DNA of 64,000 nt, from contig CP070670.1 of the NCBI GenBank assembly GCA_020351855.1, positions 1,664,846 through 1,728,845 on the forward strand. The letters run 5' to 3'. The notes under the pieces are model-generated. The model was not told where the DNA came from and made no database searches. It worked only from the letters and a program-made list of their open reading frames with translations. Origin of the DNA: Gemmatimonadota bacterium. GTDB lineage: Bacteria; Gemmatimonadota; Gemmatimonadetes; Palauibacterales; Palauibacteraceae. Made by a program: the position numbers and the translations under genes. Below are positions 21,363 through 31,688 of the stretch, piece by piece (the first letter of the stretch is position 1; each line of letters opens with the position of its first letter).

Positions 21363-22912
21363 CCCTCCAGCCGCCGCCCGCGCCGAGGGAGGGTCCGGCA
21401 CGGCACGCGGTAGGCTGCCGCCTCCGCGACGTCCGCCGCGGCGATCCGCTCCCTCCCGGCAAGGTCCGCAATCGTGCGCGCCACGCGGAGAATCCGGTGG
21501 GAGCCACGCGCGCTCAAACCGAAGCGCTCGTGTGCGGCGCGCAGGCACCCCTCGGCCTCGGAGTCTAGACAGGCGTCCACACTGAGGCGGCCAACTCCGA
21601 GCTCTGCATTGCAGGCGACGCCGCGGCGCGAGGCACGGGCGCGAGCCTCGCGCACCCGCTTGCGCACCCGCGCGCTGGCCTCCCCCGCCGCCGTCGCACG
21701 CAGGTCGGACCAGGCAGGGACCGGGATCTCGAGTTGCAGATCGATCCGATCGAGCAGCGGCCCGCTCACCCGCCGCAGATAACGCCGCACCGTCAAGCCT
21801 CCGCATGTGCAGGGACTCTCTTCGTGCTCCGAGACGGACGAGTGGCCGCACGGACAGGGATTCATTGCGGCCACGAGCATGAAGCGGGCGGGAAACCTGA
21901 CGGCGCATCGCGCCCGCACGATGTGCACGACCCCTGCCTCCAGAGGCTGTCGCAGCACATCGAGCGCTCGACGTCTGAACTCCGGGAGCTCGTCCAGGAA
22001 GAGAACGCCACGGTGGGCCAGCGACACCTCGCCCGGTCTCGGGATGGCGCCGCCGCCAATCAGTCCGGAATCGCTGATCGTGTGATGCGGGGCCCGAAAG
22101 GGCCGCGTGGAGACGAACCCGCCGCTGGGCAGGAGGCCGGCGACGCTGTGGATCGCGGTCACTTCTAGGCCTTCGGACGGCCTCATGGCAGGAAGGAGCC
22201 CCGGAAGGCACCGCGCCAGCATGGTCTTGCCGCCCCCCGGCGGACCGCGCAGCAGCAGGTTGTGACCTCCGGCTGCAGCGATCTCCAGGGCGCGCTTCGC
22301 CGCAGCCTGCCCCCGGACGTCGCCTAGATCGGGTCCGGCATCCCCTTCAGCGGGCGGCTGCGGCGGCCAACGGATCCGGGAAGCCTCCTGAAGCGCGCGC
22401 TCCGACCGCAGGAATCCGATGACATCTCCGAGGGAAGCTGCGCCCAGCACCGCAAGGCCGCGGACCATGCGCGCCTCACCCAGGTTCCCGGCGGGAACGA
22501 TCAGCCCCTCGACGTCACCGGCTGCGGCGGCGTGAAGGGCAATGGGCAGCACGCCCCGGACCGGCCGCAGGTCGCCCGCCAGGCTGAGTTCGCCCAGCAT
22601 CGCGATCCGGCCCGCCCGGTCGCCGGGCACCGAACCGGACGCGGCAAGGATGCCCACGAGGATCGGCAGATCGAACGCGGCCCCGTGCTTGCGCACGTCC
22701 GCGGGGGCGAGGTTCACCGTGATGCGCAGGCCAGGCACGTGCAGGCCGAGCTGGACCGCCGCGGCGCGTATGCGCTCCCTTCCCTCCCGCACGGCGCTCT
22801 CGGGCAACCCGACAACCTGGATGAGCGGAGTGCCGCGCGTGATCGACACCTCGACCCTGACGCGGACGACATCCAGGCCGACCAGCGCGGCCGAGGGCAC
22901 CGTCTGGAGCAT
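21359..22912 (-). CDS. comM: YifB/ComM family Mg-chelatase-like AAA+ ATPase
   Basis: ChlI-N domain, Walker A GPPGGGKTMLARCLPGLLP, VLFLDELPEF, and the C-terminal Mg_chelatase_C region. Confidence 0.85.
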   Translation of the reverse strand: MLQTVPSAALVGLDVVRVRVEVSITRGTPLIQVVGLPESAVREGRERIRAAAVQLGLHVPGLRITVNLAPADVRKHGAAFDLPILVGILAASGSVPGDRAGRIAMLGELSLAGDLRPVRGVLPIALHAAAAGDVEGLIVPAGNLGEARMVRGLAVLGAASLGDVIGFLRSERALQEASRIRWPPQPPAEGDAGPDLGDVRGQAAAKRALEIAAAGGHNLLLRGPPGGGKTMLARCLPGLLPAMRPSEGLEVTAIHSVAGLLPSGGFVSTRPFRAPHHTISDSGLIGGGAIPRPGEVSLAHRGVLFLDELPEFRRRALDVLRQPLEAGVVHIVRARCAVRFPARFMLVAAMNPCPCGHSSVSEHEESPCTCGGLTVRRYLRRVSGPLLDRIDLQLEIPVPAWSDLRATAAGEASARVRKRVREARARASRRGVACNAELGVGRLSVDACLDSEAEGCLRAAHERFGLSARGSHRILRVARTIADLAGRERIAAADVAEAAAYRVPCRTLPRRGRRLEG

Positions 22913-23069
22913 GCTGCAGGATCGTCGCGAAGCTCAACGGGGGGTCAAGCCTCGCGGAACCGCTCGACAAGCTGGGCGACGGTCGGCTCCGCCCCGGCAG
23001 TTCGGGGCGGCAGCCCGTCGGCTCACGCCGGTCCCGCGCGCCGCCCGGCCGGTGGCTCGGCCATGATCT

Positions 23070-23597
23070 TCAGATGGATCGCAGCCCCTTGTAGTGCTCG
23101 ATCGCCTGCCGGATCCAGTCGTGTGCCACCTTCTTCGGGTGCCAGCCGAGAAGCGCCGTCTCCTTCCCCTCGAGGTCCTTGTAGACCTCGAAGAAGTACT
23201 GCACCTCCGTGAGCAGATGGTCGGGCAGGTTGGAGAGGTCGGCGATCTCGTCGAACCGTGGATCGTGAGCCGGCACGGTGAGGACCTTCTCATCGAAGCC
23301 CTTCTCGTCGCGCATCTCGAGAACGCCGATCGGACGGGCCTGCAGCACGCAACCGGTGAACGTCGGATCCGTGACGAGGACCAGCACGTCCAGCGCATCG
23401 CCGTCCTTGGACAAGGTGCCAGGGATGAATCCGTAGTCTCCCGGGTAGTACACGGGCGAGTAAAGCACCCGATCGAGGCGAAACACCTGCTCGGCCGGAT
23501 CGTACTCGATCTTGTTTCGGGTACCCTTGGGGATCTCGACGATGACGTTGACGATCTCCGGGGCCTCGTCGCCGGGAGGCATCTGATAGAAGTCCAT
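23070..23597 (-). CDS. ppa: inorganic pyrophosphatase (soluble, family I)
   Basis: Family I PPase motifs (NVIVEIPKGTRNKIEYD...DGDALDVLVL). Start at MDFYQMPPG (ATG at 23595-23597); upstream of that the ORF is low complexity. Confidence 0.85.
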   Translation of the reverse strand: MDFYQMPPGDEAPEIVNVIVEIPKGTRNKIEYDPAEQVFRLDRVLYSPVYYPGDYGFIPGTLSKDGDALDVLVLVTDPTFTGCVLQARPIGVLEMRDEKGFDEKVLTVPAHDPRFDEIADLSNLPDHLLTEVQYFFEVYKDLEGKETALLGWHPKKVAHDWIRQAIEHYKGLRSI

Positions 23598-23893
23598 GGC
23601 GCCTGCTCCGCTCGCTCCGTGAGGTGGACTCCGACGTCCCTTGGCGGACCTCGCGCGGCAGCCCGATCGTCCTCCTGGACCTCGGAATCCGGACGCGGCC
23701 CGCCGTGTAGACACGGTAAGGTAGCATCCGCCTGCTCCCGATACGAAGAGGCGCCATGCTTGTCCCGGATCGCTTGAACGGAGAGCTTCAGGAAACCACG
23801 CGGCGGCGAAACGACACGCGTGCCCTGGAGGGCGCGTCGCCACTTGACTTGCCGCCCGGGAGGTCCGCCCGTGCCCGTCCAGACGAGGTCGAC

Positions 23894-24688
23894 ATGACGC
23901 CGGCCGCCGCCGCGCGGCTGGAGCTGCTCTCCTGGTCCGAGACCGCGGAGCGGTTCCGGCGCGACCCCCGGCTGATCCTCCCCGTCGGCACCTGCCTGCA
24001 GCACGGTCCGCATCTGCCCTTGGGAGCAGACTCGATCATCATAACCAGCCTGGCGGAGGCCGTCGCCGCAAGATACGGGGTGCTCCTCGCACCGACGCTC
24101 CCTTACGGCGCGGCGTCGCCACGCGACGCCGAGTACGCCGGAACCGCCAGCCTGTCCGGCAAGACGCTGCACCGAGTGCTGAACGAGCTCGTCAGCTGCT
24201 GGGAGGCGCAGGGCATGGAGGAGCTGGTGCTGATGACGGGGCACGGTTACGGACCCCATCTGTACGCCCTGGGGACGGTGGTGAGCGAGACTGCACGGAT
24301 CCGGTCCGTCGACCTCCACGCAATCGATCTCTCCGGGTTTCTGTCCCGGCCGCACACCCGGGAGCACGCGGGAGAACTCGCCACCTCGTTGCTGCTCCAC
24401 CTCCGACCGGAGCTTGTCCGCAAGGAGGCGATGCGGGATGCCGAGCTGGGTGAGCGAAACGTGCGGAAGCTGATGGCAGGCGAGGAGCCCATGCCGGCGC
24501 CCGGGTCGCACGGGGTAGTGGGGAGACCCTCGCTCGGCTCGGCCGGGGCGGGGCGGGCGATCTTCGAGTACCTGGTGGACCATATCGGACGCGGACTCTT
24601 CGGACCCGTATCGCGGAACGAGGCAACCGATCCGCTGGCCGCACAAACCGGCATGTCGCGGAGGAAGGGAGGACAGGATGTGGCTTGA
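23894..24688 (+). CDS. creatininase-family amidohydrolase
   Basis: Creatininase-family metal site (LPVGTCLQHGPHLPLGADSII ... LMTGHG). Start at MTPAAAARLE (ATG at 23894). Confidence 0.7.
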   Translation: MTPAAAARLELLSWSETAERFRRDPRLILPVGTCLQHGPHLPLGADSIIITSLAEAVAARYGVLLAPTLPYGAASPRDAEYAGTASLSGKTLHRVLNELVSCWEAQGMEELVLMTGHGYGPHLYALGTVVSETARIRSVDLHAIDLSGFLSRPHTREHAGELATSLLLHLRPELVRKEAMRDAELGERNVRKLMAGEEPMPAPGSHGVVGRPSLGSAGAGRAIFEYLVDHIGRGLFGPVSRNEATDPLAAQTGMSRRKGGQDVA

Positions 24689-25403
24689 TGGCACCGTCGC
24701 GGTGAACCCGGCCGTCGCCTTCGCTCGCGCCCCGCTCCTGGTCGCCTTGGCCGTCCTTCTCCCAGGACGTGAGCTGCCGGCACAGGCGGGAGACGAGTTG
24801 GACTCCGGCACGTACGAGATCCTGATGAACGGCCAGGTCGTCGGCCTTGAGCGGTTCGTGGTCCAGAACGACGGCACCGTTATCCGGGCGGCCGGACGCG
24901 TGAGCGCCAGCGCGGTCGGCGCCGCCATCCTGACCGGTGAGGTTCGGGTGCAGCTCGATCAGGAGTACCGCCCCGACCGCTACGAGCTGAAGCCGTCCAA
25001 TGGCGCGCTCGTCTCGGTGATCGGCCTCCGTCGAGGGGGCAGGTTGCGCCTTCAGACGGAATCGGATGCCGGCGAGCGCGTCAAGGAGTTCGTGGCGCCC
25101 GATGACCTCGTCGTCCTGGAGCGCGGCATCGCGCACCACTACTTCTTGTTGCTGGGGCTTGTGCGGGGGGCTGCGGATGGGGATCGGGTTTCCCTTGTCG
25201 TACCGTCGGAAGGTCGGCAGTTTCGTGCCACGGTTCGGGACGAGGGAGAGGAATCGATCCCGTTCGGCGGCGGGACCCTCCAGGCCCGCAGATACGCGCT
25301 CGAAGGAGAGGGAGAGAGACATGCCGTCTGGGCGGCGGCAGACGGCCGCGTTCTCCGGGTGGAGGTCCCTGGATCGGGTTGGGCCGCCCAGCGGCTTCCC
25401 TGA
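24678..25403 (+). CDS. hypothetical secreted protein
   Basis: Signal peptide (LLVALAVLLPGRELPAQA). It overlaps the preceding gene by 11 nt and has no recognisable domain. Confidence 0.45.
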   Translation: MWLDGTVAVNPAVAFARAPLLVALAVLLPGRELPAQAGDELDSGTYEILMNGQVVGLERFVVQNDGTVIRAAGRVSASAVGAAILTGEVRVQLDQEYRPDRYELKPSNGALVSVIGLRRGGRLRLQTESDAGERVKEFVAPDDLVVLERGIAHHYFLLLGLVRGAADGDRVSLVVPSEGRQFRATVRDEGEESIPFGGGTLQARRYALEGEGERHAVWAAADGRVLRVEVPGSGWAAQRLP

Positions 25404-25424
25404 CAGATGAAGGAGGCGTGAGGC

Positions 25425-26114
25425 ATGACTGAGGAGCCGGCACGCGACGACCGAGCCCAGGCGTTCCCCCCCCTTCCCGCGCGCATCGCACAGGTCTTCT
25501 TCTCACCGGGCGCACTCTTCGACCGGCTCAAGGTACGGCCGGCCTGGATCGGCGCGCTCGTCACGCTCGTCGTCATCAGCCTGCTCGCCAACATCCTCGT
25601 TCCGGAGGAGCTGATCCGACAGCTCGTCATGGAGCAGCTGCCGGATGATGCCGAGCCCGCCCAGGTGGCGAGCGCCATGCGGTTGGCAGGTTTCTTCCGG
25701 TATGTCGGACCGGTCGTCCTCACGCCCGTGCTCGCAGCGGCCGTGTCAGGAATCGTGCTCTTGGTCTGGAACCTCATTCTGGGTGGTGAGGCGTCGTTCG
25801 GGCAGGCGATGAGCGTGACCGCGCACACCCTGTTCATCCCCACGCTCGGCGGTCTGCTCACGATCCCGCTGATGATCGCGGCCAACGACGCGACGGTGGC
25901 CCTGAGCCTGGACCTCCTGCTTCCGGGACTCGACGAGGAGAGCTACGCTTTCCAATTCCTGCACGGACTCAACTTCTTCGGCCTGTGGGCCTGCGTGGTG
26001 CTCGGCATCGGCGTGAGCCGTCTCTACTCAAAGACCGCCGCTCGCTCCGCGGCTCTGGCGTTGGTCTCCCTGTACGTGATCTTCAAGGCCGCGTCCGCCG
26101 CTCTGTTCGGCTGA
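25425..26114 (+). CDS. Yip1-family integral membrane protein
   Basis: A 5-TM Yip1/DUF1282-like architecture with a short cytoplasmic N-terminus. Confidence 0.6.
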   Translation: MTEEPARDDRAQAFPPLPARIAQVFFSPGALFDRLKVRPAWIGALVTLVVISLLANILVPEELIRQLVMEQLPDDAEPAQVASAMRLAGFFRYVGPVVLTPVLAAAVSGIVLLVWNLILGGEASFGQAMSVTAHTLFIPTLGGLLTIPLMIAANDATVALSLDLLLPGLDEESYAFQFLHGLNFFGLWACVVLGIGVSRLYSKTAARSAALALVSLYVIFKAASAALFG

Positions 26115-26203
26115 GGACCTGAAACCGGGGAGGGGTGGGCGGCGTAAGAGAGTTCGGGCGGCAAATCCATTGTCAGACGCGCAGATAGAGGAGCCGTAGC
26201 GGC

Positions 26204-27490
26204 ATGAGCCGGGGCAGGAAAATCCTGATCGGTGCCGGGGTGGTCGGCCTCGTCGGCATCCTGGCGGCGAGAGCCGTGCTTGCGGGCGGCGAGGACGCGG
26301 TCGCCGTGCGCGCGGAGAAGGTGGAGCGGCGCGACCTCGTCGCCAAGGTGCGGGCGAGCGGCCACATCGAGCCCAAGCGGTCGGTGGACATCAGCGCGGA
26401 CATCTCCGGGCGGGTCGTGGAACTGCCGGTCGAGGAGGGGCAGAGCGTCCGCGAGGGCGATCTCCTGCTGATCATCGATCCCACCCAATACGAGGCGGCC
26501 GTGCAGCGCGCCGAGGCGGCGCTGGCCGAGGCGCGGGCGCGGGAAGTCCAGGCGCGGACCGACTACGAACAGGCGCAGCGGGACGCCGACCGCCTCAGCC
26601 AGCTCAAGGAGCGCACGGAGGATCTCGTGACGGACCAGGAGGTCGAGCAGGCCGTGACCCTGGCCGAAGTCAAGAGGTCCCTGTGGGCCGCCGCCGAGCA
26701 CGGCGTGGCGATGGCGCGCGCTGCGGTCGACGAGGCGCGGGACCGCCTCGACAAGACGGTCATTCGGGCTCCGATGAGCGGCCGGATCACGCGTCTTGCC
26801 GTCGAGAAGGGCGAGACGGCGATCGTCGGCACGATGAACAATCCCGGCAGCCTCCTCCTGACAGTGGCGGATCTCTCCGAGATGGAGGCCGTCATCGAGG
26901 TCGACGAGACGGACGTGCCGGAGGTCTCCATCGGGGATTCCGCGGCGGTGGAGATCGACGCGTTTCCGAACGAGCGTTTTACCGGCCGGGTCACGAAGAT
27001 CGGCAACAGCTCGATCCGGCCGATCGGGTCGGTGGGGACGACAACGGGGGAGCAGGCGATCGACTTCGAGGTCCGGATTGCCCTCGATGCGCCTCCGGAA
27101 GGCATCCGGCCGGATCTCTCGGCGACGGCCGACGTGGTGACCGCCATCCGGGAGACGGTGCTGTCGATCCCGATCATCGCCCTCACCCTCATCGATGAGA
27201 ACGACTTCGAGCTGCTGGAAAATGAGCTGATGGCAAGCGATTCGGCCGCCATAGCAGGACGGGACGCCTCGCAGATCGAGGGCGTCTACGTGGTGGGCGA
27301 GGACAACGTGGTACGCTTCAGACCGGTCGAGATCGGCATCACCGGGGACAATTACTTCGAGGTTCTTTCGGGCCTCGAGGAGGGGGAGACGGTCGTCTCC
27401 GGCACCTATCAGGCGATCCGTGAGCTGCGCGACGGCAGCTTGATCGAGGTCGAGGAGGACGACGCGAATCGCCGCGGCCGCGGCAGCTGA
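26204..27490 (+). CDS. efflux transporter periplasmic adaptor subunit (HlyD/MacA family)
   Basis: N-terminal TM segment, a coiled-coil hairpin, a lipoyl/beta-barrel region (VIRAPMSGRITRL), and a membrane-proximal domain. Confidence 0.85.
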   Translation: MSRGRKILIGAGVVGLVGILAARAVLAGGEDAVAVRAEKVERRDLVAKVRASGHIEPKRSVDISADISGRVVELPVEEGQSVREGDLLLIIDPTQYEAAVQRAEAALAEARAREVQARTDYEQAQRDADRLSQLKERTEDLVTDQEVEQAVTLAEVKRSLWAAAEHGVAMARAAVDEARDRLDKTVIRAPMSGRITRLAVEKGETAIVGTMNNPGSLLLTVADLSEMEAVIEVDETDVPEVSIGDSAAVEIDAFPNERFTGRVTKIGNSSIRPIGSVGTTTGEQAIDFEVRIALDAPPEGIRPDLSATADVVTAIRETVLSIPIIALTLIDENDFELLENELMASDSAAIAGRDASQIEGVYVVGEDNVVRFRPVEIGITGDNYFEVLSGLEEGETVVSGTYQAIRELRDGSLIEVEEDDANRRGRGS

Positions 27491-27496
27491 GGCGTC

Positions 27497-28243
27497 ATGG
27501 AAGGTTCCAGCCAGCCGATCATCATCACGCGAGGCCTCCGCAAGGAGTACGACATGGGCGCGGAGACCGTCTACGCGCTGCGCGGGGTCGACATCGAGAT
27601 CCAGCGCAACGAGTTCATCGCGGTGATGGGTCCGTCCGGCTCCGGCAAGTCCACCTTGATGAACCTGATTGGCTGCCTCGACACCCCTACGGCGGGCGAG
27701 TACGTGCTCAACGGGACGCCCGTGCAGGATCTGGACGATGACGACCTCGCGCGGATCCGGAACGAGGAGATCGGCTTCGTCTTCCAGACCTTCAACCTTC
27801 TCGCCCGGGCCACCGCGTTGCACAACGTCGAGCTCCCGCTCATCTACGCCGGCGTCAAGGCCGCCGAGCGCCGGGATCGTGCTGCGGCAGCCCTCGATCG
27901 GGTCGGCCTCGGCGACCGCATGGATCACCGTCCGAACGAGCTGTCGGGCGGCCAGAAGCAGCGCGTGGCCATCGCTCGCTCCCTCGTCAACCAGCCGTCC
28001 ATCCTCCTGGCCGACGAGCCGACGGGCAATCTGGACTCGGCGACCTCGGCCGACATCATGCGGCTGTTCGTCGAGCTGCACCGCCACGGGCAGACGATCA
28101 TCATGGTAACCCACGAGCACGATATCGCGAGCTTCGCCGGCCGGATCGTCACGCTGGTCGACGGTATGGTCGCGTCGTACGACGCCAAGCTCGGGCCCAC
28201 GCCGGCGTCGGTGATGACGGCCTCGGCGGCGACAACGCCATGA
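27497..28243 (+). CDS. ABC transporter ATP-binding protein (MacB/LolD-type)
   Basis: Walker [10 protein letters not shown], signature [13 protein letters not shown], Walker [13 protein letters not shown]. Confidence 0.9.
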   Translation: MEGSSQPIIITRGLRKEYDMGAETVYALRGVDIEIQRNEFIAVMGPSGSGKSTLMNLIGCLDTPTAGEYVLNGTPVQDLDDDDLARIRNEEIGFVFQTFNLLARATALHNVELPLIYAGVKAAERRDRAAAALDRVGLGDRMDHRPNELSGGQKQRVAIARSLVNQPSILLADEPTGNLDSATSADIMRLFVELHRHGQTIIMVTHEHDIASFAGRIVTLVDGMVASYDAKLGPTPASVMTASAATTP

Positions 28244-28285
28244 GGCGCAGCGCGGGTTGAAACAGGCTCGCAGCGACAGGACAAC

Positions 28286-29530
28286 ATGAGCATCGCCGAG
28301 GCGCTTCGCGTGGCCCTGAGCCAGATTTGGGCTCACAAGCTCAAGTCTCTCTTCTCGCTCATCGGCGTGGTGATCGGCATCACCTTCCTTATCGCCGTGA
28401 TCACCGTGGTCGAGGGCATGAATCGGTACGTCCAAGAGGACTTCGCCGGATCCCTGTTCGGGGTCAACTCCTTCTCCATCGTGCAACGCCCCACCGTGCA
28501 GACCGGCAACTACTCGGCAGAGGAGCTGCGCCGCCTGGCCCGCAACCGTGACGTCGACCTCGACGACGTCGAGGCCGTCCGGCGGGCCGTGCCTGACGCC
28601 CGGTACATCGCATGGCGGAACGCCAGCCGGATGGACGAGGTCTGGTACGGCGAGCGCCGCCGTCGAAACATCCGGGTGATCGGCGGTTCCGAGCAGTACC
28701 AGGCCATTCAGGGATGGGAGATCGACCGGGGCCGTGGGCTGACCCCGCTCGACCAGCAGCGGGCGCTCAAGGTCGCCGTGATCGGGCCCGCGATCGCCGA
28801 AAAGCTCTTCCCCAACGGAGCGGCTCTCGGCAAGCGGATCCGGCTCCAGGCGCACCGCTTCGAGGTCGTCGGGGTTTTCGAGCGCAAAGGAGGGTTGTTC
28901 GGCAACGCCTGGGACGCCGCCGTGCTGGTCCCCTACGAAACCTTCAACCAGACGTTGAGCACCAAGCGGGACCGCGTACGCGAGATCTCGGTCAAGGCCA
29001 ACAACCAGCGCGAGATGTTGGCGGCGATGGATGCGGTCGAGGAGGCGCTGCGCATCCGGCGCGGCCTCCGGCCCGGAGAGGAGAACGACTTCCACTTCCA
29101 GACGTCGTCGGGGCTGCTCAGCGCCTGGGAGACCATCAACAACATCCTGCTCGCCGCCGTCCCCGGCCTCGTGTCGGTCTCGCTGGTCGTCGGCGGCATC
29201 GTGATCATGAACATCATGCTCGTGTCCGTGACCCAGCGGACGCGCGAGATCGGCGTGCGCAAGGCGATGGGCGCCCGGCAGCGGGACATCATGCTGCAGT
29301 TCCTGGCAGAGTCGTCCATCGTTTCGCTGGTCGGGGCAGCGCTCGGGATCGGGCTCGGCCTCGGATTGGGGAAGCTCGTCGAGCGGCTCAGTCCGCTGCC
29401 GGCCTCCATCCCGCCTTGGGCCCTGGCCATGGCCATCGGGCTCGGTCTCCTCGTCGGGCTGTCCTCGGGCATCTACCCGGCGCGTAGGGCCTCGCGCCTC
29501 AACCCGATCGATGCGCTGCGCTACGAGTAG
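28286..29530 (+). CDS. ABC transporter permease (FtsX/MacB-type, 4 TM with large periplasmic domain)
   Basis: MacB_PCD-like periplasmic domain and a C-terminal FtsX domain (REIGVRKAMGARQRDIMLQFLAES). Confidence 0.85.
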   Translation: MSIAEALRVALSQIWAHKLKSLFSLIGVVIGITFLIAVITVVEGMNRYVQEDFAGSLFGVNSFSIVQRPTVQTGNYSAEELRRLARNRDVDLDDVEAVRRAVPDARYIAWRNASRMDEVWYGERRRRNIRVIGGSEQYQAIQGWEIDRGRGLTPLDQQRALKVAVIGPAIAEKLFPNGAALGKRIRLQAHRFEVVGVFERKGGLFGNAWDAAVLVPYETFNQTLSTKRDRVREISVKANNQREMLAAMDAVEEALRIRRGLRPGEENDFHFQTSSGLLSAWETINNILLAAVPGLVSVSLVVGGIVIMNIMLVSVTQRTREIGVRKAMGARQRDIMLQFLAESSIVSLVGAALGIGLGLGLGKLVERLSPLPASIPPWALAMAIGLGLLVGLSSGIYPARRASRLNPIDALRYE

Positions 29531-29638
29531 GCCGGTGCAGCACAGGCCCCGATTCCGATCGGCGGCGTGCGCAGCGGCTGGCCGCGCACCGGCGGCGCGG
29601 ACACGCCAGGCGGCGGAGGAGCGGGAAGGAGACGGCGG

Positions 29639-30919
29639 ATGAGCTGGATCACGGCCCTGGACGAAGGGGTCCGCATCGCGCTGGCCGCGCTGCGCGCGAA
29701 CAAGGTGCGCAGCGGCCTCACGATCCTCGGCGTGACGATCGGCGTGATGGTCGTCATGGTCATCGCGGCGATGATCCAGGGCATCAACGGAAGCTTCACG
29801 GAGGCGATCTCGTCCCGCGGGATCACCACCTTCTACGTCGTCCATGCGCAGTTCGGGATCGAGGTCAACACGGGGTACGAGGAGGAGGAGTCCGACTTCA
29901 TGAAGAACCCGCCCCTCGACCCGGCCTGGGCGCGCGAGCTGGCCCGCCTGCCCGAGATCCAGGATGTCTGGGAGTACGCGGATCTCTCGCAGTCGGGCTT
30001 CGAGGCCCGAAGCGGAGAAGAGCGCGCCGAGATCGCTCTCGTGGCGGTCACGGACTCCTATCTCGAGTTCGACAATGGCGACCTGACGGACGGGCGCTGG
30101 TTCACGACGACCGAGAACTACCGTGCCCGCAACGTAGCAGTCATCGACTCCGCCACGGCGCTGGACCTGTTCGGGGGGCGCGATCCGATCGGAGAGGACC
30201 TCGTGGTCTCCAGCCCCGGCATCGGCTTCACGGGAGCGAGCAACGCACCGTTCCGGGTCGTGGGCGTGTACCGTCCGCCGGCGAACCTGTTCGCCGGCCT
30301 GGCCACCCACTACGTGTTCATCCCCTTCCCGACGGCCTACCGGGACCTGGACATCTGGGAACGGCTCATCGGTTTCGCCGTGCGTCCGGAGGCCGGCGTG
30401 CCGCTGCAGACCGCTCTGGACGCCGTCGAGGCGCGACTCCGGGAGCTCCGGGGCCTTTCGCCAGGGGAAGAGTCGAACTTCGCCCTGATCACCCAGGACG
30501 AGGTGATGAACCTGTGGAACCAGCTGACCGGCGTGCTGTTCACCGTGATGGTGGCGCTGTCGAGCGTCGGCCTGATGGTGGGCGGAGTGGGCGTCATCGG
30601 GATCATGATGATCTCGGTGACGGAGCGGACACGGGAGATCGGCCTGCGGAAGTCCATGGGCGCGAGAAGGCGCGACATCCTGTGGCAGTTCCTCGTCGAA
30701 GCCTCGACGCTGACGCTGATCGGCGGCTTCTGTGGCCTGTTCTTGGGCGGCGCGATCGTCTGGGGCGTGAACCGCTGGACGCCCGTTCCGGCGGAAGCGC
30801 CGATCTGGGCCGTCCTGGTGGCCCTGGCCGCCTCCGCCCTGACCGGGATCGGCTTCGGACTGTTCCCCGCGTCGCGCGGCGCACGCCTCGACCCCGTCGA
30901 GGCGCTCCGGTACGAGTGA
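29639..30919 (+). CDS. ABC transporter permease (second FtsX/MacB-type paralog)
   Basis: Same architecture as the first permease (REIGLRKSMGARRRDILWQFLVEAS). Start at MSWITALDEG (ATG at 29639), preceded by a ggaagga RBS. Confidence 0.85.
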   Translation: MSWITALDEGVRIALAALRANKVRSGLTILGVTIGVMVVMVIAAMIQGINGSFTEAISSRGITTFYVVHAQFGIEVNTGYEEEESDFMKNPPLDPAWARELARLPEIQDVWEYADLSQSGFEARSGEERAEIALVAVTDSYLEFDNGDLTDGRWFTTTENYRARNVAVIDSATALDLFGGRDPIGEDLVVSSPGIGFTGASNAPFRVVGVYRPPANLFAGLATHYVFIPFPTAYRDLDIWERLIGFAVRPEAGVPLQTALDAVEARLRELRGLSPGEESNFALITQDEVMNLWNQLTGVLFTVMVALSSVGLMVGGVGVIGIMMISVTERTREIGLRKSMGARRRDILWQFLVEASTLTLIGGFCGLFLGGAIVWGVNRWTPVPAEAPIWAVLVALAASALTGIGFGLFPASRGARLDPVEALRYE

Positions 30920-30932
30920 GGCGGGGCGGCCT

Positions 30933-31670
30933 TTGACCTCGCAGGCCTCCAAGGTCGATGTGCTGGCGATCGCCGCCCACCGCGACGACGCCGAGCTGAC
31001 CTGTGGCGGCACGCTCGTGCGCTGCGCCGAGCAGGGCTACCGAACCGGTGTCCTCGACCTCACGGAGGGCGAAACGGGCACGCGGGGCTCCCCGGAGCTG
31101 CGGGCCGGCGAGGCCGCCCGAGCAAGCGAGGCGTTGGGCCTGAGCGTCCGAAGGAACGCCCTTCTCCCGGATGCCGGCCTGGCCAACGACCGGGAAAGCC
31201 GGGAGCGCGTAGTGGCGGTGCTGCGCGAGCTCCGTCCGCAGGTCGTGATCCTGCCCTTCCGACGCGGTCGTCATCCCGACCATCGGATCGCCTCCGAGCT
31301 CGGGCGCGACGCCTGCTTCCTAGCCGGCCTGAAGCGATACGCGCCGGCGGCCGGCGAGGCGCACCGGCCCCGCAAGCTCCTGTACGCCCTCAGCTTCCGT
31401 GAAGACCCCGTGAAGCCCACCTTCGTCGTACGACTCGAGGAGGCGCATTTTCAGCGGAAGATGGAGGCCATCCGCTGTTACGCTTCCCAGTTCGACGCAG
31501 CGGAGTCGGCAGGCGAGATCTTCCCCACCGGCCAGCCCTTGTACGAGCTTGTCGAGGTTCAGGGTCGGCACTACGGCTCGCTGATCCGCTCCCCTTTCGG
31601 TGAGCCGTTCTTCACCGAGGAGACGGTGCGAGTGGATGACATCATCGAGCTGAAGGTGAGGTCACTCTAG
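30933..31670 (+). CDS. PIG-L/LmbE-family N-acetylglucosaminyl deacetylase (BshB-like)
   Basis: LmbE motifs VLAIAAHRDDAEL and HPDH. Confidence 0.8.
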   Translation: MTSQASKVDVLAIAAHRDDAELTCGGTLVRCAEQGYRTGVLDLTEGETGTRGSPELRAGEAARASEALGLSVRRNALLPDAGLANDRESRERVVAVLRELRPQVVILPFRRGRHPDHRIASELGRDACFLAGLKRYAPAAGEAHRPRKLLYALSFREDPVKPTFVVRLEEAHFQRKMEAIRCYASQFDAAESAGEIFPTGQPLYELVEVQGRHYGSLIRSPFGEPFFTEETVRVDDIIELKVRSL

Positions 31671-31688
31671 CCCCACCGGGCTCGCCGA

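Noticed and set aside
19352-22211. ORFs 19352-21568 (+) and 20877-22211 (-), Arg/Pro/Gly-rich
   Set aside because: These are alternative frames of the Kef antiporter and comM, with no motifs and extreme Arg/Pro content.
22934-24928. 664-aa minus-strand ORF across ppa and the creatininase gene
   Set aside because: It overlaps two motif-supported genes. The part within ppa is simply the ppa frame upstream of its true start.
26024-31012. Giant 1662-aa minus-strand ORF spanning the whole MacAB operon
   Set aside because: It is antisense to four plus-strand genes with clean ABC/HlyD/FtsX motifs. Its translation is Arg/Gly/Pro/Asp/His-rich low complexity with no domain, which is the typical high-GC antisense artefact.
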